A stretch of 64,000 nucleotides of DNA from Candidatus Latescibacterota bacterium (GTDB lineage Bacteria > Latescibacterota > UBA2968): positions 3,552,001 to 3,616,000 of the forward strand of contig OZ220741.1 of NCBI GenBank assembly GCA_965116885.1, in the 5' to 3' direction. Position numbers and translations under genes: made by a program. Shown piece after piece: positions 40,201 through 49,086 of the stretch; the first letter of the stretch is position 1, and every line of letters begins with the position of its first letter. Under the pieces are notes generated by a model. That model was not told the DNA's origin. It made no database searches and worked only from the letters and a program-made list of their open reading frames with translations.

Positions 40201-41029
40201 GCTTCAGGATGATCGGCCCCCGATCAGTCGCGTGGCTGGTATTGTGCTGCTTTGTCGGACCGCCGCAGAGGTATTCATTGCTCGGCGTGACCATCCACAC
40301 GCCCTGTTTTCCATTGTGCAAACCGTGTACAAGAGCCTCCTCGGTTGGAGATGACCAGTTATACTTTGTATCTACTTCTCCCGATTGGAGCGTATGTGTG
40401 GCATCCATCACCATGCCCTTTGCGCTGGATATTGCCTTGCTATCCGGAATCACACCCGAGAGCTTGTCATTGACCCTGATATTCACCATCGAATCGTTTA
40501 GGCGCATCCCAAAACGAAGCTGTGTCAGCACGGCGTCGCCCGTATCCCCGGGTTTGCTGGCCACAACATAATAATAGAACCCCGAATCACCCGCTCTCAA
40601 GACATAATGAAGTTCCATCTTGAATGGAAAGCCTTCGGGTTGTTTGGGGGTGAATGAAATATCGACCATTTCCGGGCTATTGACGTGGATGTTGAACTCA
40701 GGGCTTTGGTCGCGCAAAAATTTTGCTCTTACACTCGACTCTTTGCCCGCCATATAGTTTGTTTCTGAGTCTTCGACATAACTGGCCAGGATGGTGAAAT
40801 ATCCAAACTGCCTGGGAGATAGGAGAGCGTCCCCCTGATGTGCCAGTGAGATAATCCGTCCCGTAGATTTTTGGATCGTCATCGAAACGGAACTGTTCTC
40901 GAGGATGATTCTATTGCCAGATTCAACAAGCATCGAAACCTCGGCGAAAACCGGCGTGCTGATCATACACTGGATGGATACAAGCAGACTACACGCCGCT
41001 AATCTGCCCAATCCAATTTTTTTGAACAT
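37232..41029 (-). CDS. Secreted fusion: rhamnogalacturonan lyase (PL4-like) plus uncharacterised lyase-like domain
   Basis: Signal peptide ending VFA; PL4 motifs DTKY.WS, EYLCGGP.KQ, SHHYG, WEKIFGP..Y.N, WPYSW, WRVG.PDRTA.EF, VMYDYLQLE. The C-half aligns with 32866-34965. Confidence 0.82.
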   Translation of the reverse strand: MFKKIGLGRLAACSLLVSIQCMISTPVFAEVSMLVESGNRIILENSSVSMTIQKSTGRIISLAHQGDALLSPRQFGYFTILASYVEDSETNYMAGKESSVRAKFLRDQSPEFNIHVNSPEMVDISFTPKQPEGFPFKMELHYVLRAGDSGFYYYVVASKPGDTGDAVLTQLRFGMRLNDSMVNIRVNDKLSGVIPDSKAISSAKGMVMDATHTLQSGEVDTKYNWSSPTEEALVHGLHNGKQGVWMVTPSNEYLCGGPTKQHNTSHATDRGPIILKLLYSHHYGSRGDYVSGKWEKIFGPVFVYMNKGEDAQHLWYDAKREGEKHRKRWPYSWLEHPEYPIDRAVVTGQFKDTGLTHHSNGWVVLARPQEHRGLGWQQQGAENYIYRARMADDGSFAIPAVRKGKYTLYAFAPDMIGEFRKDDVTIDATGEIKLGSLQWSPRSFGKLLWRVGKPDRTAAEFRRGDDHRHWGLWFNYQNDFPEDVDFAIGKSKERSDWNYAQMAIWEEKGGWQPRIQPADRTGKGNWRLPTWKIRFQCGDKPMSGRATLTIALASVNRDGGIAIGLNGKSLDKITGLENDSALPRSGIYGRFSEHFIAFDATLLRTGENVLTLDLLPRKKHRGQRQNYPHFGVMYDYLQLEIDTSQPQGAEPVKKNFTPEAIVAGFGQRVDAMFRAESGKPLVRAKKQKPLDPGRGNYVRAYSYSMVGFAARCLYLNEMLEEANAALAENAQHYLDNPLDINDRDSFHWHAEIVMRLIEMYGTDGSNRITKKTEALALKPIWEYVRKVSRLDKAEYEKSKTWHIYLSENHHAMSFTVCWQFAKIAKDRPEYRDLKYDDGATAAEHYRAWNAYFVIYCRERARKSLCIEMMCDDYNSTLIKGFYNFYDFGDPQVRRSAGLLLDLYFAYWAQEQIDGVQGGGRSRIYFWKGLKQNRDHGNAPLAWFYFGIGKQPAVYGHDVNAALSDYRPPAVVADIAIDVAGRGRYEVRQRPQGLGKTGRPLKIAATKVPTRMRTDGGGILRYSYCDPAFIMGTPMTEARPLEDWAAISAQNRWQGVIFAGEHDARIVPIARPKDNRVAMNAQWSVQSKGSLITQKLKHHKGGAEMIIWMSKSGLGTPVEEDGVVYVEAKGAYAAIRVATGGFKWMDGEFETDRFVPENATMIPNDEYAPVIIEVMARSDVTSFDAFKKKVKACEVHMDETVLSYKTIYGDQLTFDTSAKAVPSINGQPIDYAPKKVFESPFLNAEWNSGVVTISKGTRKKILDFTK

Positions 41030-41175
41030 TTTGTGTTTTGCTATGAGGCGTTGCACAATGAAATGTCTTGATTGAGGTTCATTTTTGTATGTTTATATAT
41101 ACGCAGTAGCTCTTTGTCTTGCGCCACACCGATCCGGTAGCGCGGACTGAACTCGAAACAATGGGAAGAATATAT

Positions 41176-42591
41176 ATGGCACAGGCACAAGAACGACCAC
41201 ACATACTCATTCTCACGGCGGACCAGCTACGGGCGGATTCCATGGGTTGCGCCGGTCATCCGCGGGTCAAAACGCCGGTCATCGACTCGCTTGCCAACAC
41301 CGGCATGCGGTTCAGCAATTGCCACACCGTGTCACCGGTCTGCCAGCCGTCGCGGGTGTCGTTCATCACTGGCACCTACCCTCACAACCACGGCATCTGG
41401 TACAACCGCGGCGAACTGCCGATCAACTACCCGACGCTGTTCTCCCAATTGCGGGACGCTGGCTACCACACGGCAACCGTCGGCAAGTCGCACCTCTGGA
41501 GCCACAAGAAGGTGTCTCATTTGCGCGAAGGCGAGCCGTATCTGCAAGCGCTCGGTTTTGACGTCATCGACGAACTCGGAGGACCGCGGGGGAGTCTCAA
41601 CTCGGATTCGTACTTCACCGACTACCTGCGCGAGAAGGATCTGTTCGAACTGTTCGTCAGTGACACGCGCGAACGGGTTCGCGACCCAAAGCTCGTCAAA
41701 CCGGCGGCGTTTGAGGAGGACGATCACATGGACGGGTACGTGGGCAGGCGCTCGGTCGAGTTCGTCGATTCTGCGCCCGAGGACCGTCCGACCTGTCTGT
41801 TCGTCAACTTCCCCGGACCACATGATCCGTGGGACGCGCCAGGGAAGTACGCCACTATGTATGATCCGGCTGATTCGCCACCCGCCATTGGCGTGCCACC
41901 ACGCCCCGCCACGCTCCCCGACGAAGTCGCTCAGAAGGAGGACTTCAAGACGGAGCCGGGCCTGACTGCCGAAATCGCCGCTGCGATCCGGGCAAATTAC
42001 GATGGCAAGATCACATTCGTCGATCACTGGTGCGGTGAGATCCTTGCGGCGTATGAACGGCGCGGCTGGCTCGATGATCTCTGCGTCGTGTTCTGGTCCG
42101 ATCACGGCGAAATGACCGGCGATCACGGCAGGGTGTTCAAACGCACCTTTCACGAATCTGCATTGCGGGTCCCCCTGATCCTGCGCTGGCCCGGACGGAT
42201 ACCGTCCGGTACTGTCTGCGACGCACTGGTGGAAACCATCGACGTCGGTCCTGCCTTGCTGGAAGCCCTGGGGCTCGACCAGTTGCAGATGTCCCTTGGG
42301 CAGTCGCTGGGGCATCTGTTCGCGGAACCGACCGCACACCACCGCACCGAGGTGCTGTCAGAGATTTTTTACGGCGGTTCGCGCAATACGATGGTGAAAA
42401 CCGAACACTACAAGTACGTCATGGATCAGCACGGCAGGGGGTACATGTTGTACGACATGCAGCAGGACCCGGATGAACAGCACAATCTGATCGGCGATCC
42501 CGAGCATCGGAGTACGGAGAACGAGATGCGGGATACGCTGCTTCGCCGCCTCGCTGCCAGCGCGTTTGTCATGGACAGCGTAAACCTGTGA
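41176..42591 (+). CDS. Sulfatase (Cys-type), opposite orientation to the array
   Basis: RPHILILTADQ, CQPSR, GKSH, SDHG; visibly GC-rich. Confidence 0.93.
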   Translation: MAQAQERPHILILTADQLRADSMGCAGHPRVKTPVIDSLANTGMRFSNCHTVSPVCQPSRVSFITGTYPHNHGIWYNRGELPINYPTLFSQLRDAGYHTATVGKSHLWSHKKVSHLREGEPYLQALGFDVIDELGGPRGSLNSDSYFTDYLREKDLFELFVSDTRERVRDPKLVKPAAFEEDDHMDGYVGRRSVEFVDSAPEDRPTCLFVNFPGPHDPWDAPGKYATMYDPADSPPAIGVPPRPATLPDEVAQKEDFKTEPGLTAEIAAAIRANYDGKITFVDHWCGEILAAYERRGWLDDLCVVFWSDHGEMTGDHGRVFKRTFHESALRVPLILRWPGRIPSGTVCDALVETIDVGPALLEALGLDQLQMSLGQSLGHLFAEPTAHHRTEVLSEIFYGGSRNTMVKTEHYKYVMDQHGRGYMLYDMQQDPDEQHNLIGDPEHRSTENEMRDTLLRRLAASAFVMDSVNL

Positions 42592-42615
42592 AAACAGCCT
42601 CCGAGACCGGCACGT

Positions 42616-43542
42616 CTAATTAGCAACGACTCTCTGATCAGAAGTACGCGTTTCGCTATCTTCAGCCCCAAAAGCCGCGTTGTCTTCGTCGTAATACCTG
42701 TTGTATCGTATGTTATTCCCTCCGCTTACCCACACGGCGCGAAACAGCGTTTGTCGTTTTGGCGGCATTGTAGCAATCACTTCTTTGGGTACGCTGCGAC
42801 CGCCCCATCTGCTGTTTACGGCATTGTAGAGGTGGAACAAGCTCAACCGCTGGCGATTCTCGTTTGTCCACCGAGTACCGGTATGGCATAGTGCTTCTGT
42901 GAAGATCAGCGCAGAACCTGCAGGACACGTATATGTGTCCCAAATTTCGCTCTCGCGGGTGCTCAATGACTCAGGTCGTTGAAATGCTGCCTTGTGGCTG
43001 CCAGAAGCCAGCATGGTGCCCCCGTCGCCCGGTCCGATCTCATTCAATTCCCAAACCACGCGTGTCAATCCCGAATGCACCTTACCCGGAAGCATCTGGT
43101 AGATGTGTGAATTTCCGATGAGATTAAAATAGCCGCTGCCCCCGTGAGGCTTGAATTGATCGTATCCCACCTCGCGATAGTCCGTGCGTGTGCGCTCAAA
43201 TGTAAACCCATAACAGTCCTCGGTTGCCAACTGCTGACTTGCAACGATCTCATTCAAGATCCCGACAATCACGGGATGATCCAGCAGTGCTTGGGAAGGT
43301 CCTCCCACCGGATTCCGTTCTTCTGGCGGAAGCGACTCCGGCTCCTTAACGAGCTTCATCTGGTGTTCGTGGATCTCTGCCAACTGATCGCCTTCAACCA
43401 ATCCCGGCAGGCAAATCCAGCCCTTCATATCAAACAGGTACCTGTGCTCTTCGCTCATGGGAACGATAGGGAGTCCATCGGCATTGGTGGTCGGTAACAT
43501 TTTGCCCACATCAGGCTCCAGGTTTGGACGTCCTCGATTCAT
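42616..43542 (-). CDS. PhyH-like dioxygenase with H-x-G motif
   Basis: YLFDMKGW, PHGG, ASGSHKA, GSALIFTEALCHTG. Confidence 0.85.
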   Translation of the reverse strand: MNRGRPNLEPDVGKMLPTTNADGLPIVPMSEEHRYLFDMKGWICLPGLVEGDQLAEIHEHQMKLVKEPESLPPEERNPVGGPSQALLDHPVIVGILNEIVASQQLATEDCYGFTFERTRTDYREVGYDQFKPHGGSGYFNLIGNSHIYQMLPGKVHSGLTRVVWELNEIGPGDGGTMLASGSHKAAFQRPESLSTRESEIWDTYTCPAGSALIFTEALCHTGTRWTNENRQRLSLFHLYNAVNSRWGGRSVPKEVIATMPPKRQTLFRAVWVSGGNNIRYNRYYDEDNAAFGAEDSETRTSDQRVVAN

Positions 43543-43544
43543 AG

Positions 43545-44534
43545 CTAACTCCTTTCTTTTTTGGGTGAAAGCAGAAAATGGTCAAACCAGGCGACCATCT
43601 GCTCGAAGTACTCAACGAGAAAGCGATGATTGCCTTCGGGTTGATAGACTTTGAAACGATCGTCGTGTCCTGTTGAAGCATAGGCTTTTTGTACAACGGG
43701 TATAAGGGCATCGACGCCTTGACGCGGCATGTCTTCGTCCCGGGTGGGCGAGATCATCATAAAAGGTCGCGGGGGCATGCAGGTGGCTACGACGCGCGGA
43801 TGATCAAAATGACACAGGAAGTTGGGGATGTAGTAATAAGCACTGTGTCGTTCGTTGTCGCTCTGGTGAATGACGCTGGCCAGGCTGCCAAGGCCACCAC
43901 AGACAGTTACGCCTGCTGCGATCCAGGGTGCACACGCCATTGAATACCAGGTTGCGTTGCCGCCAAGCGACATGCCTGTCAGGCCAATGCGGCTTTTGTC
44001 AACGCCATTTGTCGCGCAAAGAATTCGAGCGGCTTTAAGTGTTTCTTCGACGAGAATGCCCATCTGACTTCGTCCATACGGAGATAGGAGCTTGTTCTCG
44101 GTTGCCCATTCTTCAATGCTGCGGCGCCTTCCTTCTGTGCCTTTGATCGAGATGGCCAGTGTCGCGAACCCTCGTCGCGCGAGTTCACGTCCCCAGCCAA
44201 TCAATGGACCATCGGGAGATTGATGGAAGTGTGGATGGGCGACCCGTTCTGCAGAACCGGATGTGCCAGAAATGCATACGATTCCCGGTCGCAATTTTTC
44301 AGTATGTCCAGGCGGTTCCATGAGGATGGCGGGAACGGTTTCGCACAGTGAGTTCTGATAGCTCAGATGGGTGACGCGAATGTCTTCGGTTTCTCGCGTT
44401 TCTGAGGTTGTGAAATCTACGTTGTCTGGGACTGCAGCCAGTCCCAGAAGCTCTATGAGCTTTGCGCGGATATCTGAGTCGGCAAGGTCAGATGTGAATG
44501 CTGGCTGGATGTCAGGTGGTATGATAGGTGACAT
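43545..44534 (-). CDS. Alpha/beta hydrolase (carbohydrate esterase / dienelactone hydrolase-like)
   Basis: GMSLGG nucleophile elbow, PRPF, GNH. Confidence 0.85.
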   Translation of the reverse strand: MSPIIPPDIQPAFTSDLADSDIRAKLIELLGLAAVPDNVDFTTSETRETEDIRVTHLSYQNSLCETVPAILMEPPGHTEKLRPGIVCISGTSGSAERVAHPHFHQSPDGPLIGWGRELARRGFATLAISIKGTEGRRRSIEEWATENKLLSPYGRSQMGILVEETLKAARILCATNGVDKSRIGLTGMSLGGNATWYSMACAPWIAAGVTVCGGLGSLASVIHQSDNERHSAYYYIPNFLCHFDHPRVVATCMPPRPFMMISPTRDEDMPRQGVDALIPVVQKAYASTGHDDRFKVYQPEGNHRFLVEYFEQMVAWFDHFLLSPKKERS

Positions 44535-44554
44535 ATCGAGAAACCTTTGTCATC

Positions 44555-46015
44555 TCACGGTTTTTGCACGACAAATTCCGGCCGTGGAATCATGCGTTCC
44601 GGATTCCGTTCGTAACCTCGTTTCCACAACTCCTCCACAAGCCTTCCACTTTTAGCCAGTTCTTCGCGAAGCGCCTGCTGGTCCGCCTTTGCCCTCTGAT
44701 CAATGGCTTCCGGGCAGCATACCTGGTATAGCATTCGCCGAAGCCGAGCCAGTTTCTGAGACGCATCGGGATGTTCCGCAAGATCTCGCATCTCCAAAGG
44801 ATCCTCTGCAAGGTCAAACAACATCGGTCTTTCCCCAACGCATTCCACATATTTATCTGAACCCGATCGAAGAGCAAAAGCGCTTCCCGGAAGGCCCGGC
44901 CCATGAAATTCACTGATCGCGAATTCGGGAAGCGCTGCATCCGGCTCGCCCCTCGTGGATCCCAGCAAGGATGTCCCCCGCATGTGTGTTGGCGAAGGCA
45001 ACGCCAGGGCTTCCGAGAATGTCTGGAAAAGATCGAGATGTGAAACAGGTGCAGGCTCAGATCCTCCTGACTCTATGCCGGGGCCAGCCACGATCATGGG
45101 GACGCGAATTGAATCCTCATACATCGATCCCATTCCGGAATTGCGATGTGCCCCCATGCTGCCACCGTGATCCGAAGCATAGGCGACCAGGGTCGAATCC
45201 CAGAGATTCTCGGTGTCTATGGCTTTGAGCACGCGCCCCACGTTGCGATCTGCCATCTCACAGATGCCGTGGTAGCCTACCAGACCACGGCGCAACTCTT
45301 CGGGTGTGCAAAGATCGCTGCACGTGTAACGAACAAAATCCCGGTGGAAGGGGTGCAGTCGAGAAACGGGTTCCGAATAGCGCTCGTCCAGGTCTTCGGT
45401 TCGCACCAGCGGATCGTAGTAATCCCATAGATCCTGCGGCGGATTCCATCCGGGATGGGGCTGTTTGATATTCACGATCAGGACCCAGGGGCGATCTTGC
45501 GGGCGTTCATTCATCAGCCACTGTACCGCTTCTTGCGCGACCTGCGCGTCGTGCTGGTGTTCCCCACGCCCACTTGCAGGACCCGCTTCCCGCAATCGAT
45601 GCAGGTGATGGTATCGGGGTTGCACACGGCCCTCTTCGAACAGCGTGTGTACGTCCAGACTCTCCCGTGCCTTGGCCAGGCGCATGTCTGCCACGCCAGC
45701 ATCACTGCCCGGTTTGTAATCGAGCTTGCCAATGGTCGTAAGCAGGACGCCATTTTCTGCAAAGTAATGCCCCCAGCCTCTGGGCACTCCCGAATAGGGA
45801 AACGCATTGTCCCAGGTAGAGATCTCGTGAACATACCGTCCTGCCATCATCGCTCCTCGCGAAGGCGCGCACAGAGGACTTGGGCAATAGGCACTGTCGA
45901 ATCTCTTTCCTCGTCTGGCGAGCGCATCGATGTGAGGCGTACGGGTAATGGAACTACCGTAACAACCGGAAAACTCAGGGTTGTGTCGATCGGTCATAAT
46001 ATAAACAACATTCAT
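44555..46015 (-). CDS. Sulfatase (choline-sulfatase-like)
   Basis: MNVVYIMTDRH, CAPSR, SDHG, SEFHG. Start set at 46015 after GAGG. Confidence 0.92.
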   Translation of the reverse strand: MNVVYIMTDRHNPEFSGCYGSSITRTPHIDALARRGKRFDSAYCPSPLCAPSRGAMMAGRYVHEISTWDNAFPYSGVPRGWGHYFAENGVLLTTIGKLDYKPGSDAGVADMRLAKARESLDVHTLFEEGRVQPRYHHLHRLREAGPASGRGEHQHDAQVAQEAVQWLMNERPQDRPWVLIVNIKQPHPGWNPPQDLWDYYDPLVRTEDLDERYSEPVSRLHPFHRDFVRYTCSDLCTPEELRRGLVGYHGICEMADRNVGRVLKAIDTENLWDSTLVAYASDHGGSMGAHRNSGMGSMYEDSIRVPMIVAGPGIESGGSEPAPVSHLDLFQTFSEALALPSPTHMRGTSLLGSTRGEPDAALPEFAISEFHGPGLPGSAFALRSGSDKYVECVGERPMLFDLAEDPLEMRDLAEHPDASQKLARLRRMLYQVCCPEAIDQRAKADQQALREELAKSGRLVEELWKRGYERNPERMIPRPEFVVQKP

Positions 46016-46052
46016 CGAAGTCACCTCAGTGCACGTTGTCAATGGCGGCATC

Positions 46053-46871
46053 TTAAGGCGTTGGAACATATCCCAACTGATCGTTATATACCACAGCTTC
46101 GGAGAAGGTCTCGTGAAGGTGGTCGAGAACCATATCAATTTTACACCCGCACAAAGAGCTGGTATAGGGCATCTCGCCGGTACGCCGGAAAAATGCCCCG
46201 TTCTTTTCGTGAAAATCACCCCGCCGGTCCATGAACTGCCCCCAGTATCCCATCGTGTATCGCATCTCTGTCCTTTTCTCAGCGCTCTGAATCCAGGCGT
46301 CGGGAAACAGCATTTGAAACCGCGGTGCCGAATTCAACCAGCTGCCGCATCGAACCACTTTTACTTCCGGACGACGTACTTGCGAATCCCTGAGCAGCCT
46401 GATTAGCGATGCCGCAAACTGTATGTGCATATCGCTGAGGGGAGATTTTGGCTGGTAAACATTGGCAATATGAAGGCTCAACGCGTCCTCGTGCTTGTAG
46501 TCATAATTCCAACATTCGTGTGAACGATCGCCAGGTCCGGACTGTTCATTACCCAATTTGCGAATGCGCGCTTCCATAAGTGGCCAGAGGATCGCAAGTC
46601 CCATAGTCTCCACGGTTTCACTATCATTACCATACTTGTCAAAGATTTCTCCCAGTTGCTCTACAATGACGTTCCATTCGGGATCTTCATCTCCCGCTGC
46701 CGGATGGTGGTTGCCGTCGTAGCGTGAGGTATTCCGGTACAGATTGACTCGCACGTTAACAGTATCTTCCAGGTCTCCAGGGTTTTCCCGCAGCCGTTTG
46801 TTCGCGTACCAAAGGCTCAACCGGGTGAATTCCCGAACATAATGCACGCGAATCGGATCGAGATCAGACAT
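46053..46871 (-). CDS. Hypothetical protein
   Basis: Fills the gap in a co-oriented run; motifs LHIAN..P, CGSWLN, GYWGQF. Start MSDLDP is preferred. Confidence 0.7.
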   Translation of the reverse strand: MSDLDPIRVHYVREFTRLSLWYANKRLRENPGDLEDTVNVRVNLYRNTSRYDGNHHPAAGDEDPEWNVIVEQLGEIFDKYGNDSETVETMGLAILWPLMEARIRKLGNEQSGPGDRSHECWNYDYKHEDALSLHIANVYQPKSPLSDMHIQFAASLIRLLRDSQVRRPEVKVVRCGSWLNSAPRFQMLFPDAWIQSAEKRTEMRYTMGYWGQFMDRRGDFHEKNGAFFRRTGEMPYTSSLCGCKIDMVLDHLHETFSEAVVYNDQLGYVPTP

Positions 46872-46899
46872 TGATTCTACCCCCGTTGTTCGTCTTGCG

Positions 46900-49086
46900 T
46901 TAATCTTTTCCTCGGCCGGATTTTGCGCCATAATCCTGCCAGCCCCAATCCAGATGGATTCGGGGTATGGAAAACTCGTAATACCAGCGAATACTCACGG
47001 GTTCGTGTTGAGGTTCCAGGTATGCATAAAAAAGAGCAGATCGACCCGTCACTTCATCCAGCATCCCTGCAGGCGTGAGTTCCGACAACAGATTCGGATC
47101 CTCTTCCACTTCCAGGTAATGCAGCAAATCATTTGTATGGTTTTCGGCGTCGCTGGAACTCACCTGAACGGGTGTCTCATGTTCATTCCACCACGACAAG
47201 TCCGATGCTGGTTGAGATTCTCCGTCTGCCGCCTTTGCCCAGATCGGTGTACTCCAGGCAAACTCTCCATCGTTCTGGCGAAGCCGTATGTAGTAGGCAT
47301 TCTCTTTGAGCGGATGCTCGTCCACGTAAGTCAGATCGACGTCCAGCGTGTTCGGACGCCAGGTCTTCAAGCGTCGATCATTCCGGATGAGATCTACGCG
47401 CTGCACTGTTGAGCATGCGTGAGCTACCACACGAACGCTGGCTGGGCCTGAAAGCTGTATCTCGCTGCCAGCGGGATTGCCCCCCAGCGAAACCATCAGA
47501 ATGATTCGAGCCCCGGTCGTGGCAAAGGTTCGTCTTTCAGCGACAGCTTGCCAGATGGCCTTTCGTTCACAGCGAGTGGCCCACACACCTGCCAGAGGAC
47601 CCGACCCAAATCCGGTGTCGCGGATGTTGAGCACCTTGTTGAACCGACCCCGGAAGCAATGGGGAGCCATTGGGGCGCCCAGTGTGGGCAGATGGATATC
47701 TCCCGATCCGATAACGGCCGGTCGATAGCCGTACCTCAGTGCCTTCTGCAGGAGCCACTCAAAAGCACCGTGACCGCTGGCCACTTCCAGCAGTGGTTCG
47801 ACATTTGGCCGAAATGCGTTCCAATTTGGCGGTCCTCCTCCAACGTGGGATTCAAGAAGAACATCCTCCCGATCTCCGTAGGTTGCCAGCAGGGTTTCCA
47901 TCGACGAAAAGGTCGGCATGTACCCATCTACCATCTCCCGGAACACGACGTTTCGGTCTCCTCCGGAGCGCGTGTGAACTTCCGATGCCAGGAAGGGCAC
48001 ATATATTCCGGGCTCATCGTGATTGGTATATGCCTGTTGAAAGGCTTCCCACAGTTCAGGTTCGTCAGCCTGATCTGGTGGCGACATGGGACCCGGAGCC
48101 GCAAAATCCAGCCGTCCCACTTCGCGGGCTTGCCTGTGTCGGGCATCCGGATCCAACTTGAAGCTGGGCTCGTCCATCAGCGCCATGGACGTATCGCCCC
48201 AAGCGTGAGAGTGAAAGTCTCCCCAGAGCAGCCGGATGTCCGGAGACTTCTGGCAGAATATCGGATTGCTTCTGGCTCGGAGGTCTCCATCCCTCGCTTC
48301 GAGGCGATAAACGCCAGGGTGGCTAATCTGCACGTCCTCCAACCTCAGGATGCCGTTATGTACTGGCTCAAACACCGCTCGATCCGGCAGACCCGATACA
48401 TTGTCGGGGGCAGTTAACTGGACGACGCCCCGATATTGTTCACACACATTTCGATGGATATCGAAAGCGACCAGATTGAGGTGAAACGATTCGCCCTGTT
48501 CGACAATGGATGGTCCCAGGATTCGCAGCATATCTGCGGATGCTTCTGAAGTAATGCGAATCCGGATCTCTCCACCCGCGATGCTGACAAATTCACCACC
48601 GCCATTGCGATCTACGGCTGCCTCCAGTCGCGCCATTGTAGTCGAGTCATAAACTTCAGCACCTGGACCACCCCCACAGCGATCACCGATTCGCAATCTG
48701 ACCCAATCTCCCTTTTGAAGGGCCCCTTTCGACACGCGAATCCTCGCAACTTCGGGTTCGTGACCATGGTCGGAATTGACAGTCAGGTCCAGCTTGGCGT
48801 CAGAATTTGACGCCATTGTCACATAGTCGCGTCCCAGTGGGTTATTTAGCTGAGGGGCGTGGCCCATGAGGAATCCGCGGCGGAAGAAGCAGAATCCACC
48901 ACCATCCTGCACATCCGCTGCAGCAGTAAATGTGATCTCCCACGTGCCGACTTTCCCAGCCGGCAGATTGAATGTGGACCCCGATGCAACAGAACCATCT
49001 GCACCCCGAAACAGGACCTCAAATCCGTCGGGTTCATCCCCGGGAATCGAGGCATGGATCCACTCTATGCGAGCGTTTTTTGACAT
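46900..49086 (-). CDS. DUF3604-like PHP-fold metallohydrolase
   Basis: WGDFHSH, GDRNV, EVASGHG, IGSGDIH, RRTFATTG, YYIRLRQ.DGE.AWSTPIW. Confidence 0.8.
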   Translation of the reverse strand: MSKNARIEWIHASIPGDEPDGFEVLFRGADGSVASGSTFNLPAGKVGTWEITFTAAADVQDGGGFCFFRRGFLMGHAPQLNNPLGRDYVTMASNSDAKLDLTVNSDHGHEPEVARIRVSKGALQKGDWVRLRIGDRCGGGPGAEVYDSTTMARLEAAVDRNGGGEFVSIAGGEIRIRITSEASADMLRILGPSIVEQGESFHLNLVAFDIHRNVCEQYRGVVQLTAPDNVSGLPDRAVFEPVHNGILRLEDVQISHPGVYRLEARDGDLRARSNPIFCQKSPDIRLLWGDFHSHAWGDTSMALMDEPSFKLDPDARHRQAREVGRLDFAAPGPMSPPDQADEPELWEAFQQAYTNHDEPGIYVPFLASEVHTRSGGDRNVVFREMVDGYMPTFSSMETLLATYGDREDVLLESHVGGGPPNWNAFRPNVEPLLEVASGHGAFEWLLQKALRYGYRPAVIGSGDIHLPTLGAPMAPHCFRGRFNKVLNIRDTGFGSGPLAGVWATRCERKAIWQAVAERRTFATTGARIILMVSLGGNPAGSEIQLSGPASVRVVAHACSTVQRVDLIRNDRRLKTWRPNTLDVDLTYVDEHPLKENAYYIRLRQNDGEFAWSTPIWAKAADGESQPASDLSWWNEHETPVQVSSSDAENHTNDLLHYLEVEEDPNLLSELTPAGMLDEVTGRSALFYAYLEPQHEPVSIRWYYEFSIPRIHLDWGWQDYGAKSGRGKD

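Noticed and set aside
41332..42342. 336-aa minus-strand ORF
   Set aside because: Antisense to the plus-strand sulfatase.
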